Source: Spirochaetota bacterium (GTDB lineage: Bacteria; Spirochaetota; UBA4802; UBA5550). From it: a stretch of 64,000 nucleotides of DNA. The translations under genes and the position numbers were made by a program. The stretch lies in assembly GCA_963664815.2 (NCBI GenBank), contig CAXXHB010000003.1:3520001-3584000 (forward strand). Reading direction: 5' to 3'. Below, one piece after another: positions 37,159-46,619 of the stretch (its first letter is position 1; the number at the start of each line of letters is the position of its first letter). The notes beneath the pieces were generated by a model that saw only the letters and a list, made by a program, of their open reading frames with translations, did no database searches and was not told the DNA's origin.

Positions 37159-37755
37159 TCAGATTGATATCTCCCTGCTGCACAACCTGTTCAGCAGATA
37201 GCTGTCGTGACTGATCACGATCAGACCGACATCATGCCTTTTACTAAAATCAATGACAATATCCCATATCTGTGCCTGTGTTACAGCATCAAGCATCCCT
37301 GATATTTCATCACAGATAAGATACCTTACCTGTGTATTTAAAATTCGCGCTACACAGATTCTCTGAAGTTCACCACCTGATAATTCATGCGGGTAACGTT
37401 CAAGCCATGATTCATTTATTGCGAGTTTATCAATAAACTCTTTATCCGGTCGCTGACCTTCAACCTCACAGATGGTTTTTTTAATCTTCCACCGGGGATT
37501 TACTGATAACTCAGGATGCTGATGTATAAGCTGAACAGGCAGGAAGCCTTTATCTGGCAGTTTTTTACCCTCACATAAAACCTCACCCTTTGCAGGTTTA
37601 ATATAGCCCGAAAGTATTCTCGCAAGGGTAGTCTTGCCAAGACCGCTCTTACCTTGAAGGCCGACTGACTCGCCAGGGTTCAATGAAAAATTAACATTAT
37701 CAAGAAGCCACTCTGAACCATGATATTTAAAACAAATATCATTACACTCCAACAT
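37159..37755 (-). CDS. peptide/nickel ABC transporter ATPase (OppF/NikE-like)
   Basis: GKSGLGKTT, LSGGELQR, LICDE. Confidence 0.9.
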   Translation of the reverse strand: MLECNDICFKYHGSEWLLDNVNFSLNPGESVGLQGKSGLGKTTLARILSGYIKPAKGEVLCEGKKLPDKGFLPVQLIHQHPELSVNPRWKIKKTICEVEGQRPDKEFIDKLAINESWLERYPHELSGGELQRICVARILNTQVRYLICDEISGMLDAVTQAQIWDIVIDFSKRHDVGLIVISHDSYLLNRLCSREISI

Positions 37756-38677
37756 TATGGCACCTTACAAATCCGTTGTCATATTCTGTTCTTCCTGGAT
37801 GTTTTATCCTGCAAATATCGCTTTTCTGTGTACATCGCGGCTCAAATCTGCATCCGGTTATTTTACTGTTTCCATCAGGCTGTGAACCGGTTATACAAGT
37901 AAAGCTGTTCTGAGGAAGTGCTTCAACAAGGACTCTTGAATAGGGATGATTAAGCTTTACCGGTTTTTTAAAATTTGATGCCGGAGCAGACTCAATAGTG
38001 GTACCGGCATAAAATACTGAAATTTTATCCGCAAACTTAAGTGCCGCGTTAATGTCATGTGTAATAAGAATAACACCCTTCCCCGATTCGGCAAAATTCC
38101 GCAGAATTGACATCGAATCATCGATTGCGGAAGCATCAAGCCCTGTTGTAGGTTCATCGGCTATTATAAGACTTGCATCGGAGACCGTAGCAGTTGCAGT
38201 AAGAATACGCCTTGCCATACCCCCGGATACTTCGTGGGGATAAAGCTTCTGAACATCTTCTGAAAGTTTATAGTTCCTGAATGCTGAATCCCTGATTTCA
38301 AGTGATTTACCTTTATCCCCGGTACATAAATATGCAGAGCGAAAAACCTGTTTTCCTGTAGTGTTAAGTGGATTTAAAAAGCTTACAGATTGCGGAATAA
38401 GGACAATATCTTTACCCCTGAGTTTCTTTTTTCTCTCGTCGGTTAACGGCTGATTCTTGTATATTATGCTCCCCGAAGAGACAGCGTTGTTCGGAAGAAT
38501 TCCCAGTATAGCATGCGCAAGAAGGCTTTTACCGGCACCGCTTGAGCCTATCACAGCAACGACCTCACCGCTTTTTACCGTCAGGTCAAGACGAGAAATT
38601 ACATCAAGATGGGTTCTTCTGAATGACGATTTATTATACCTGTTGAATCCAAGCGAAAAATCTCTGATTTCAAGCAT
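37742..38677 (-). CDS. peptide/nickel ABC transporter ATPase (OppD-like)
   Basis: GSSGAGKS, VSGGMARR, IADEPT, HPYS..L, GC.F.PRC. Confidence 0.92.
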   Translation of the reverse strand: MLEIRDFSLGFNRYNKSSFRRTHLDVISRLDLTVKSGEVVAVIGSSGAGKSLLAHAILGILPNNAVSSGSIIYKNQPLTDERKKKLRGKDIVLIPQSVSFLNPLNTTGKQVFRSAYLCTGDKGKSLEIRDSAFRNYKLSEDVQKLYPHEVSGGMARRILTATATVSDASLIIADEPTTGLDASAIDDSMSILRNFAESGKGVILITHDINAALKFADKISVFYAGTTIESAPASNFKKPVKLNHPYSRVLVEALPQNSFTCITGSQPDGNSKITGCRFEPRCTQKSDICRIKHPGRTEYDNGFVRCHNVGV

Positions 38678-38680
38678 ATT

Positions 38681-39547
38681 CTACTCCTGTGCTGTACGAG
38701 GATCAAGTATCCTGCGGAGGTTTGATCCGAAAAGATCAAAGAGAATTACAATAAAAACAAGGGCTACCCCAGGAAAGACCGCAAGCCACCAGCAACCGGT
38801 TGAGATGTTTCTCATAGATTCGGACAGGAGAATTCCGATAGAGGGATAATGCGGATCAAGGCCGAAACCCAAAAACGTAAGCCCGGCGGAATGTAGTATG
38901 GCATGGGGGAAAAGAAGTATTAATCCCACAATAAACTGATTTACCACATAACCTGCCATATGATTTTGTGCCACCCAGAACCTTGATCTTCCGAGTTTAT
39001 AAGATATCTGAACATAATCTGAATTTTTAACCTGTATAATCTCCGCCCTTATAACCCTTGTCATCCTCGGCCAGTGAGAAAGTGCAACTGCAATTATAAC
39101 ACCCCTTACGCCGCCGCCCGCTGCAAAAGCAATGAGTATAAGGAGAACTACATGAGGCAGGGAGATGAACATATCAACCAGCGCCGTTACTGCGCCATCA
39201 GCGGCTTTTCCTGCCGTCGCGGACATAATGCCGAGAAAAAGCGCTATAAACGAACTTAAAACCGACGCAAAAACACCAATCTTAAGACTCACATAGAGAC
39301 CAATAACAATCCGTGTCAGCATATCCCTTCCAATAATATCTGTTCCAAGCAAGTGTTCAGAAGAGGGAGGGAGGTTCCGGTTTAAAATATCAGTATTTAA
39401 CCCGGATCTATCCATGGACAGACTGAGAGTGACAAGTATTAAAATAATCATGGCTGATGATGCCGCAACAATAATTCCGGACAATCTGACGCTTAGGGAA
39501 AAGCCCTGTTTATCTTTAGTCTCCATAAAGCATATTCCCTGTTCCAA
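38681..39547 (-). CDS. peptide/nickel ABC permease (OppC-like)
   Basis: HLLGTD..GRD, R..RA, GCWWLA.FPG. Confidence 0.92.
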   Translation of the reverse strand: MEQGICFMETKDKQGFSLSVRLSGIIVAASSAMIILILVTLSLSMDRSGLNTDILNRNLPPSSEHLLGTDIIGRDMLTRIVIGLYVSLKIGVFASVLSSFIALFLGIMSATAGKAADGAVTALVDMFISLPHVVLLILIAFAAGGGVRGVIIAVALSHWPRMTRVIRAEIIQVKNSDYVQISYKLGRSRFWVAQNHMAGYVVNQFIVGLILLFPHAILHSAGLTFLGFGLDPHYPSIGILLSESMRNISTGCWWLAVFPGVALVFIVILFDLFGSNLRRILDPRTAQE

Positions 39548-40523
39548 TCCTGGGGTCTATCTTTTCATAGATAAGATCAGCAATGGCATTACCGGTAAAA
39601 ATAAAAATTGTGCTGAATATAACAATTCCAAGAAGAAGCGGAACATCACCCCGTATTCCCGCTTCAATGGATGCCCTGCCCAGTCCCGGATATGAAAATA
39701 CCTGCTCGGCAAATACCGCACCGCCGAATATTTCACCGATTGAAGCAAACTGCAGGGTAATAGCCGGGATAAGGGCGTTTCTGAAGATATGGTGCCTTGC
39801 AATACCGTAATCTGTCTCCCCCTGTGCCCTCGCGAAAAGTACATAGTCTGTTTTCAGAATTTCCTTTACCTTATCCCTGGTATGCAGAGTAACGTTAGCC
39901 GTACTTATGACTGACAGTGACAATGCCGGAAGAATGATGTGATGCACCCTTTGCAAAAATGTGGCCTGATCTGGCATTACACCTGCCGGTATTGCCCCGG
40001 AGATCGGGGTAACGCCTAAATATACTGAAAAAACCATCAGGAGAATTATTCCAAGCCAGAATGTCGGAGTTGAAGCGATTGTGTATGAATATAGGACTAT
40101 TATTCTGTCCGTGACAGAGCCGTTATACATCCCGGAAAGTATACCGAGAAAAAAACCTATTACCCCGGAGAGTACCCAGGCTATAAGCATAAGCCATATG
40201 GAAACCATAAACCGTCTACCTATGACATTTATAACCGGTTCATTGTAAACCATCGATACACCAAAGTCACCTTTTGCGAGCTGCGAAATCCAGTGAAAGA
40301 AACGGGTAAGCGGGGGCTGATCAAGCCCCCACTTTTTTGCTATAAGTTCTTTCTGTGCGGTACTTATTAAAAGCATATCAGCGCCGACGTAAGCATTCAC
40401 CGGATTAATTGGTGAATGCTGAACAATTACAAAAGAGAAAACCGATACAAGGGAAAGCACTATAAAAAGTTTAACAATTTTTTTCCATATTTTTTCAGCC
40501 AATAGAAACTTTCCAGACTTCAT
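39516..40523 (-). CDS. peptide/nickel ABC permease (OppB-like)
   Basis: GLDQP, GD.G.S, YV.FARA.G, E.VFSYPGLG; start set at the ATGA overlap with the SBP stop. Confidence 0.92.
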   Translation of the reverse strand: MKSGKFLLAEKIWKKIVKLFIVLSLVSVFSFVIVQHSPINPVNAYVGADMLLISTAQKELIAKKWGLDQPPLTRFFHWISQLAKGDFGVSMVYNEPVINVIGRRFMVSIWLMLIAWVLSGVIGFFLGILSGMYNGSVTDRIIVLYSYTIASTPTFWLGIILLMVFSVYLGVTPISGAIPAGVMPDQATFLQRVHHIILPALSLSVISTANVTLHTRDKVKEILKTDYVLFARAQGETDYGIARHHIFRNALIPAITLQFASIGEIFGGAVFAEQVFSYPGLGRASIEAGIRGDVPLLLGIVIFSTIFIFTGNAIADLIYEKIDPRIGTGNMLYGD

Positions 40524-42094
40524 CTGTTGATCCATTTCCACTCGTTGATGTTTGAAGTTAATGGCCATCCATGTCCATGCGGTTCCATGCGGGATTTGCC
40601 TATATCAAGCCTATCACTTACAAAATATGTATGAGTGAGATTAACAAGCCATACCCACGGCGCATCTCCCTTCATTGCAAAACCGGTTTTACCGTCCCAC
40701 TGAGCAAGCTTCCAGTATTTAATTGAATCTTCAAATGAAGAGGCGTTCATTGCCATGTCAAAATACTTATCAACTTTTTCATTACTGTAATAACCGCAGT
40801 TATTATATTCAATGCCGGCCTGGCTGCTGTGAAAGAGGCCATACATCTCAAGAGGGTTATGGCTTCCCCAGCCGAAGAGTACAGCCACAGCGTGGTCCAT
40901 TGTGTCTATCTCATCCCAGGTTTTGCCCTCAATGTTTATTTTAATGCCGATCTTTTTAGCCTGATCAGCCACCGCAACGGCAAGATTCTGCCTGATGCTG
41001 TCTGACGATTCGTAGACAAGCTTAAATTCAGCTTTCAGCCCTTTTCTTTCAAGAATGCCATCCTTGTCGCTGTCTCCCCATCCGTCGCTTCTGAGTACCT
41101 TTTTTGCCTCTTCAATTTTGCCCGATTCAATCCTCCCTGAAACTTCATCCCAGGGAAGTCCGTCGACTACCCCGTAAGCTGGTGTCCCGTAGCCTTCAAG
41201 GATACCTTTTACAAGAATATTCCGGTCTATACCTAAATTAAGGGCTTTTCTTATTGAAAGGACTGATGTTACATTGTTGCCGATTGGGTACCCCTTATCG
41301 GTTTTCTTTCCTGTATCAGGGACGCATGGGAGCATAATCCCCCTGTTGTCAACGCTCTTAACGGGATGAAGTGTCATACCGTTTACTTTCTGAATCGCAA
41401 GCGACTGTGGTACCGCGACTATGTCAGCCTTCCCGGACTTCGCGGCTGCAAACGCGGCGTCTTCGCTTAAAAATAAAAATACTACGCTTTTTATTGCAGG
41501 TTTCTTTCCATAATAATAAGGATTCTCCTCTATTATCATCTGCTCCCCCTCCTGCAGGCTTACCATTTTGTAAAGACCTGAACCTATGGGGTTTCTGCTG
41601 TACTTATCATTATAGAGATGTTCGGGGACAATACCAAGCGTTATGAGATGGTCAATGAACGTGATATCAGGTTTTTTCAGTCGTAATTCAAGATCGTAGT
41701 CGCCAATCTTTACAGCCTTCTCCATTGAAGTCATATCAACCCTGGCCCCGGATGACGCAGCTTTATTAAATGTAAAAACAACATCATTTGCTGTCAGAGG
41801 TTTTCCATCGGAAAACTTTGCGTCGCGTCTGATGCTTATTTTCCATACACGTTTATTATCCGAAAGAGAATAAACAGTGGCCAGATCCTTTACTATTTTC
41901 AGGTCGTTATCCCTTTTAAGTATCGTGCTGTGAAACAGTGAATTACCGTACCTTCCCCAGCCTGTAACAGGATCATATCCCTCCCTGTTATCTTCAGCGA
42001 TAGCAATCACAAGCTGATCCTTTGATCTTTGCGAACAGCCTACTGCACATAAAAACATTAAAATACAGAGTAAACATACCTTTGCCTTAGACAT
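40520..42094 (-). CDS. ABC substrate-binding lipoprotein, family 5 (nickel/peptide)
   Basis: Lipobox AVGC, FSDGKPLTA.DV.FT, PIG.G, C-terminal EPHGHGW. Confidence 0.9.
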   Translation of the reverse strand: MSKAKVCLLCILMFLCAVGCSQRSKDQLVIAIAEDNREGYDPVTGWGRYGNSLFHSTILKRDNDLKIVKDLATVYSLSDNKRVWKISIRRDAKFSDGKPLTANDVVFTFNKAASSGARVDMTSMEKAVKIGDYDLELRLKKPDITFIDHLITLGIVPEHLYNDKYSRNPIGSGLYKMVSLQEGEQMIIEENPYYYGKKPAIKSVVFLFLSEDAAFAAAKSGKADIVAVPQSLAIQKVNGMTLHPVKSVDNRGIMLPCVPDTGKKTDKGYPIGNNVTSVLSIRKALNLGIDRNILVKGILEGYGTPAYGVVDGLPWDEVSGRIESGKIEEAKKVLRSDGWGDSDKDGILERKGLKAEFKLVYESSDSIRQNLAVAVADQAKKIGIKINIEGKTWDEIDTMDHAVAVLFGWGSHNPLEMYGLFHSSQAGIEYNNCGYYSNEKVDKYFDMAMNASSFEDSIKYWKLAQWDGKTGFAMKGDAPWVWLVNLTHTYFVSDRLDIGKSRMEPHGHGWPLTSNINEWKWINR

Positions 42095-42651
42095 TGAACT
42101 CCCCCCGTGTTATTATTGTGATACAAAAATCAGTGTGTTATTTTTTATTTTATAATATTATCATGTCAATATAAATATCATTATTGTATACATCATATGC
42201 GATTATAAAACATAATGGATATGACATGATACCCCGTTTAAATTTTTCGATTTATCCCCGGAAATGATAAAAGAACGCCGCTTTTAACTTACAATATTGA
42301 ATTCATTTTTATGCATATTGATGGATTATACTTTGAGATTATGGCTTGATTACTCTCGGAGAGATTTTTAAAACAATATTTTCTGTCTATTTATGTTGTA
42401 CCTCTCTTCATATCTATGAACAGGATAATTACGGTATAAGTAAAAACGGCTGAATCCGAAACAGTACCCGCATCCATATTCCTGTCAGCCCGAAAAATTC
42501 TGAAAATATAACAATCTGTCTGGTTAAAGTAAGAATTATTGATCTCCTCGGTTTACTGAAGACCTGAAAATATCCATAAGCGCAAATATATAAACTCGCG
42601 TAAGACACTATTAATAGAAAAATACGCATTTTTCGAAATGTTCAATACATT

Positions 42652-42744
42652 GCCATTTCAAACGACGTTGCTCAGTAGAAGTGTGAGAAATCTAAAATTT
42701 AATGTAAAAAACCGATTTCTCAGTCGCTATCGCTTCTTCGAAAT
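42652..42744. repeat. inverted pair of REP-like units (GYCATTTC...GAGAAATC); second unit split by IS110
   Basis: 42652-42693 on +; 42714-42744 on - continues at 43599-43601 on the far side of the IS. Confidence 0.65.
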
Positions 42745-42767
42745 GTACTGTGTTTCAGTACAAGCTT

Positions 42768-43367
42768 TTAGTTTATACTGAAACAATTTGGATCATAACC
42801 TCTATTATATTTAACGATAGCAAAAACCTGACGGATCAGTTTGTTTGCCACTGCAATAAGCGCGACTTTTTATCCTTACCTTTCTCCAGCATCCGTCTAT
42901 ATAATCTAATACAATCCGAATTATACTTGGATGCTGATAATGCTGCCAGACGATTCTTGTTTTGAATTTTTTGTTTGCTGTAAATCATCAATCGTATTCA
43001 AAAAAGCCTTTTTTTCTGCCGATTTTCTGAAATTTCTTTATACGGAAACGGTTTCTCTTAGAATCCACTTTATCGGTTTTAGCACGCATCATTTTCATAT
43101 CGGCATAACGCTTCACAATCAATGGATTTACAATAGACACGATATATCCCTTCTTGTTTTAAAAAACTCAGCGAGTCGCTGGTGATACACTCCTGCTGCT
43201 TCCATCGTTAAAATATACTCCTCGATATTACCTTTCCGGCTTTTTCTGTATACCTGTTCAAAGCCCATCTTCGAATTTTCAACCTGGAAATGTTCAATCT
43301 TATTTCCATCAAAAAAAGTCACATCAACTGTTTTCTTCGATACATCAAATCCGATTGACATTTTCAT
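42768..43367 (-). pseudogene. IS110 DEDD recombinase pseudogene
   Basis: IGFDVSK, MEAAG.Y, NP, KTDKVDS and C-terminal K.ALIAVANKL.R in different frames; central region missing. Confidence 0.88.
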
Positions 43368-43409
43368 AGAACCCCCCATATAGTGTTGTTACGCATGATT
43401 GAGGGTATG

Positions 43410-43585
43410 ATCTCTTCTCTTGCATCGCATGATACAGGCTTTATGCCTAATGTACTGCTCAGAGTAGAGATGGAAGACGGTGGGATTAACATTTCGAACG
43501 GTCTTTTGACCTATAACAAAAATAATCTTTTCCCCAGTCTTTATACCCCTCTTTGCATTTCGGTTTTGAGGGACTTCTCCTGAAA
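43410..43585 (-). ncRNA. IS110 bridge RNA (target- and donor-binding loops); boundaries approximate
   Basis: Two internal loops closed by GGTC-AAAA-GACC and AGGC-ATAAA-GCCT hairpins; loop sequences match the element ends and insertion site. Confidence 0.75.
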
Positions 43586-43926
43586 CCCAACATACGATGA
43601 CATATTAATGCACTAAATCAATCATAAAGAGCTATCGTTTAAAAAACAAATCACAGTAAATTAAATACAGGAGTGTGGGGGGGGGATACTGCTGCATAAT
43701 ATTTTAATGCTGTTAATATACGGGAGAACATCCTGCATGCAGAGGATCCTCCTGTATATAACAAACATGGAACATAATAAATCAGGCTTTCTGTTCCTCT
43801 TTCACCTCGAAACCGGGAACTGTACCCCATATTGCCGGTTTTAACAGTAAGAATTAAAAAAGATCATTAACCATAACATTTTAACAATCCCTTCTTTCCA
43901 GAAAATTGTTAAAATGTTGATTCCTG

Positions 43927-44187
43927 TCAATGTTTATGGTCATGTTTCTCATTTTCATGAGCCGGATGAACATGTTCATGCTGTCCATGCTCTCCATCAT
44001 GAGTATGACTATGCATATTTTCACTCACATCATGTGAATGAGGATGTTTGTGTTCATGTTCATGTTCATGTTCATGTTCATGTTCATGACCGTGTGCATG
44101 TTTTTCCCCGTTATGCTCGTGTTCATGTTCATGTTCGTGTTTATGCTTGTGATCATGAAGATGTTTATGTTCGTGGTCGCCCTTCAT
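43927..44187 (-). CDS. histidine-rich protein (34 of 86 residues His), putative Ni/Co/Zn storage or chaperone
   Basis: AGGAGG RBS before ATG 44187; (HE)n repeats encoded by CATGAA tandems. Confidence 0.85.
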   Translation of the reverse strand: MKGDHEHKHLHDHKHKHEHEHEHEHNGEKHAHGHEHEHEHEHEHEHKHPHSHDVSENMHSHTHDGEHGQHEHVHPAHENEKHDHKH

Positions 44188-44336
44188 AACATTCCTCCTG
44201 CTTTTTTTTAAATTTATTACTGATATAATTACCGGCATCCGTATTAATCCGTATACTGCTTTAAATAAAGATACTTCTCAATTATAAAAAGTCAATATAT
44301 AATACTGATATATTTTTAAAACATGTCAATACCAGA

Positions 44337-46343
44337 CTAAAACTTTATCCTTCCATCAATGGGAAGAACAATTGTAAAAACCGCACCGCATCCGGGGGAG
44401 CTTGATACTTCAATTGTTCCATGATGCTGTTCAATAATACCATATATTACCGCCAGGCCAAGCCCGGTACCCTTGCCGGCCTCTTTTGTTGTGAAGAATG
44501 GATCAAATATTTTATTTATAATATCCTCATTTATTCCCATACCGGTATCTTCCACGGTAACTATGATATTACGTTCTTCATCATCAAGTTTTGTAGTTAT
44601 GTTAAGATTACCCCCCGACGGCATTGCATGTGCGGCATTCTCTGCAAGATTATTGAAAACAGACCTCATCTGGCTTACATCAATCTCTGTCATCGGTACC
44701 CGGTCGGAAAGGTTTATGTTCATATGAATATTCTGAAATGTCATATGCTTTTCCAGAATAGAAACAGTCTCTCTTATCACATCGTTAATATTGGCAGCTA
44801 TTTTTTCAACGGATGTATTTCTTGCAAAATCGAGGAGTCCCTTGACAATCTTCCGGCATCTCATCGCCTCATTAATTATGACATCAAGATCTTCTTCAAA
44901 ATTACTCCCCTTCATATCCTCTTTCATGATACTTGAATAAGTGAGAACCCCGGTAAGCGGGTTATTGATTTCATGCGCTATCCCTGACGCCATTCGTCCC
45001 AGGGATGCAAGTTTCTCGGACTGAATCATAGCCCTTTTTGCTTTAAGAATCTCCTCATATGATACCGCAAGCTCCGATGCTGTTTTTTTCAGTTTCTCAA
45101 TTGTAAAGGGGAGACACATCTCGTTTTCTGCAAGTCCCTTATGTATTGCAGTAGCATGCTCGATGCAGGTGTCATACCCGCAGGCGCCGCAGTTTAATTC
45201 ATCCTTGAGAGAGTATTTCCCCATACGCATGAGTATTTCCCTGAGCTCCATACTGTTAGGGGATGGGACCCTGTGATCATCTTCACTGAATTTTGCGGAA
45301 AGATCGAGACCCGATAACTCATCAAACACCTGTTTGTATTTATCCTTATCAATCTCCCTGTGCCTTTTCTGTGCAAATGCGCTTACATAGCCCCGCTTTG
45401 TGTAAAGAGGCATATCATGCGACATCCCTGAACCGGAAATACATCCTTCACAGCAGTTGAGTTCAAGTAAAACAGTATTGTGCTTAACTGTTTCATATTC
45501 CTTTATTGCATGAATAAACTGTTTATGCCCGGCCGAAGTAACAATATCCATTGAAAGAAAGTTCTCATGAAGACCCGACGCCTGCAGCAGCCCGCCGCCT
45601 ATCGGATAAAGTGTTCCCCGTCCTCCATGCGGCGGATCAAACTCGGAGCGTTCAACGCTGCCGTGCTCTATCCCCTTCAGATCAAACAGCTCCCTGAGTT
45701 CCCGAAACGTAAGAACCTCATCAATATCACGTTCTATATCCGGTCTTACAGCTTCATCTTTCTTTGCAATACAGGGTCCTATAAATACTGTTTTAAGATT
45801 ATCACCGTAAATTTTATGGACAGCTCTTGCTGCGGCGACCATCGGTGAAACAATAGGCGCAAGATTCTTTACAAGGGACGGATGGTACTTTTCAATATAA
45901 AAAACAATGGCAGGGCATGTGGTGCCGATAAAACTTTTATCCCTGTTGTTTCTGTAAAGCTCCCTGTATTTTTCGGAAACAAGGTCTGCACCGAAAGCCA
46001 CCTCAATTACATAATCAAACCCGAGCTTGCGGAGCATTCCTACAAAGATTTTATAACTGATATTAAAGAACTCGGCGGGAAAACTTGGTGCAACAAGTGC
46101 GACAGTCTTTTCCTTTCCCTCAAGAAAGGTCAAAACGTCATTTTTTGAATTCCGGACGATCTTTGCATTCTGAGAACAGACTTTTACACAGTTCCCGCAG
46201 CCTATGCATCTGTCCGCAATAACCTCAGCCTGCCCTCCCGATATACGTATAGCCTTTGCCGGGCATTCACGTACGCATGAGTAGCACATTTTGCACTGCT
46301 CTTTCAATGTTTTTACAAGGGGTATATCAGTTCTTCCGGTCAT
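44337..46343 (-). CDS. sensory (group C-type) [FeFe]-hydrogenase-like domain fused to histidine kinase
   Basis: 2x4Fe-4S; [28 protein letters not shown]; [10 protein letters not shown]; [22 protein letters not shown]. Confidence 0.9.
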   Translation of the reverse strand: MTGRTDIPLVKTLKEQCKMCYSCVRECPAKAIRISGGQAEVIADRCIGCGNCVKVCSQNAKIVRNSKNDVLTFLEGKEKTVALVAPSFPAEFFNISYKIFVGMLRKLGFDYVIEVAFGADLVSEKYRELYRNNRDKSFIGTTCPAIVFYIEKYHPSLVKNLAPIVSPMVAAARAVHKIYGDNLKTVFIGPCIAKKDEAVRPDIERDIDEVLTFRELRELFDLKGIEHGSVERSEFDPPHGGRGTLYPIGGGLLQASGLHENFLSMDIVTSAGHKQFIHAIKEYETVKHNTVLLELNCCEGCISGSGMSHDMPLYTKRGYVSAFAQKRHREIDKDKYKQVFDELSGLDLSAKFSEDDHRVPSPNSMELREILMRMGKYSLKDELNCGACGYDTCIEHATAIHKGLAENEMCLPFTIEKLKKTASELAVSYEEILKAKRAMIQSEKLASLGRMASGIAHEINNPLTGVLTYSSIMKEDMKGSNFEEDLDVIINEAMRCRKIVKGLLDFARNTSVEKIAANINDVIRETVSILEKHMTFQNIHMNINLSDRVPMTEIDVSQMRSVFNNLAENAAHAMPSGGNLNITTKLDDEERNIIVTVEDTGMGINEDIINKIFDPFFTTKEAGKGTGLGLAVIYGIIEQHHGTIEVSSSPGCGAVFTIVLPIDGRIKF

Positions 46344-46619
46344 ATAATTATTTGTCTTTTATCCTGTCTGTCCTGTGTTTTCCGCATTTTCTGTTTTATA
46401 AAAACATACTCTAATTATTCAGCCAATTTATTGTCAAACAAAAACACTGAAGTGTATGGGTCTTTATTGTATTGATTGTTACCGATTAAATCTCACCCGG
46501 TTAAAATTCAGCTCTATTATCATCACTTCAGATATGCCGAATCTGAATATTAAAAAAAAATTGACTCAATCATATTTAATCATATACTCGTAGAATAAAC
46601 ATATTACAGGATAACATTA

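Larger units (their letters stand above)
42743..43598 (-). mobile_element. IS110-family (IS621-like) element, internally deleted, flanked by AT core dinucleotides
   Basis: Right end ACAGTAC-AT, left end AT-CGTAT; transposase fragments; non-coding left end. Confidence 0.85.

Noticed and set aside
42105-42145. NikR operator upstream of the ABC transporter
   Set aside because: GTGATAC/GTGTTAT half-sites are present, but spacing and orientation do not fit NikR patterns I can support.
43677-43685. G9 homopolymer as a phase-variation switch
   Set aside because: Intergenic and not tied to an evident promoter or ORF.
43700-43860. Riboswitch between the His-rich gene and the IS110
   Set aside because: Hairpins exist but no recognisable cobalamin, NiCo or other aptamer core; needs an Rfam scan.
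44040-44150. CRISPR-like or non-coding tandem repeat (TGTTCA)n, and the + strand ORF 43914-44189
   Set aside because: It is the antisense image of the His-Glu codon repeats; no spacers and no cas genes.
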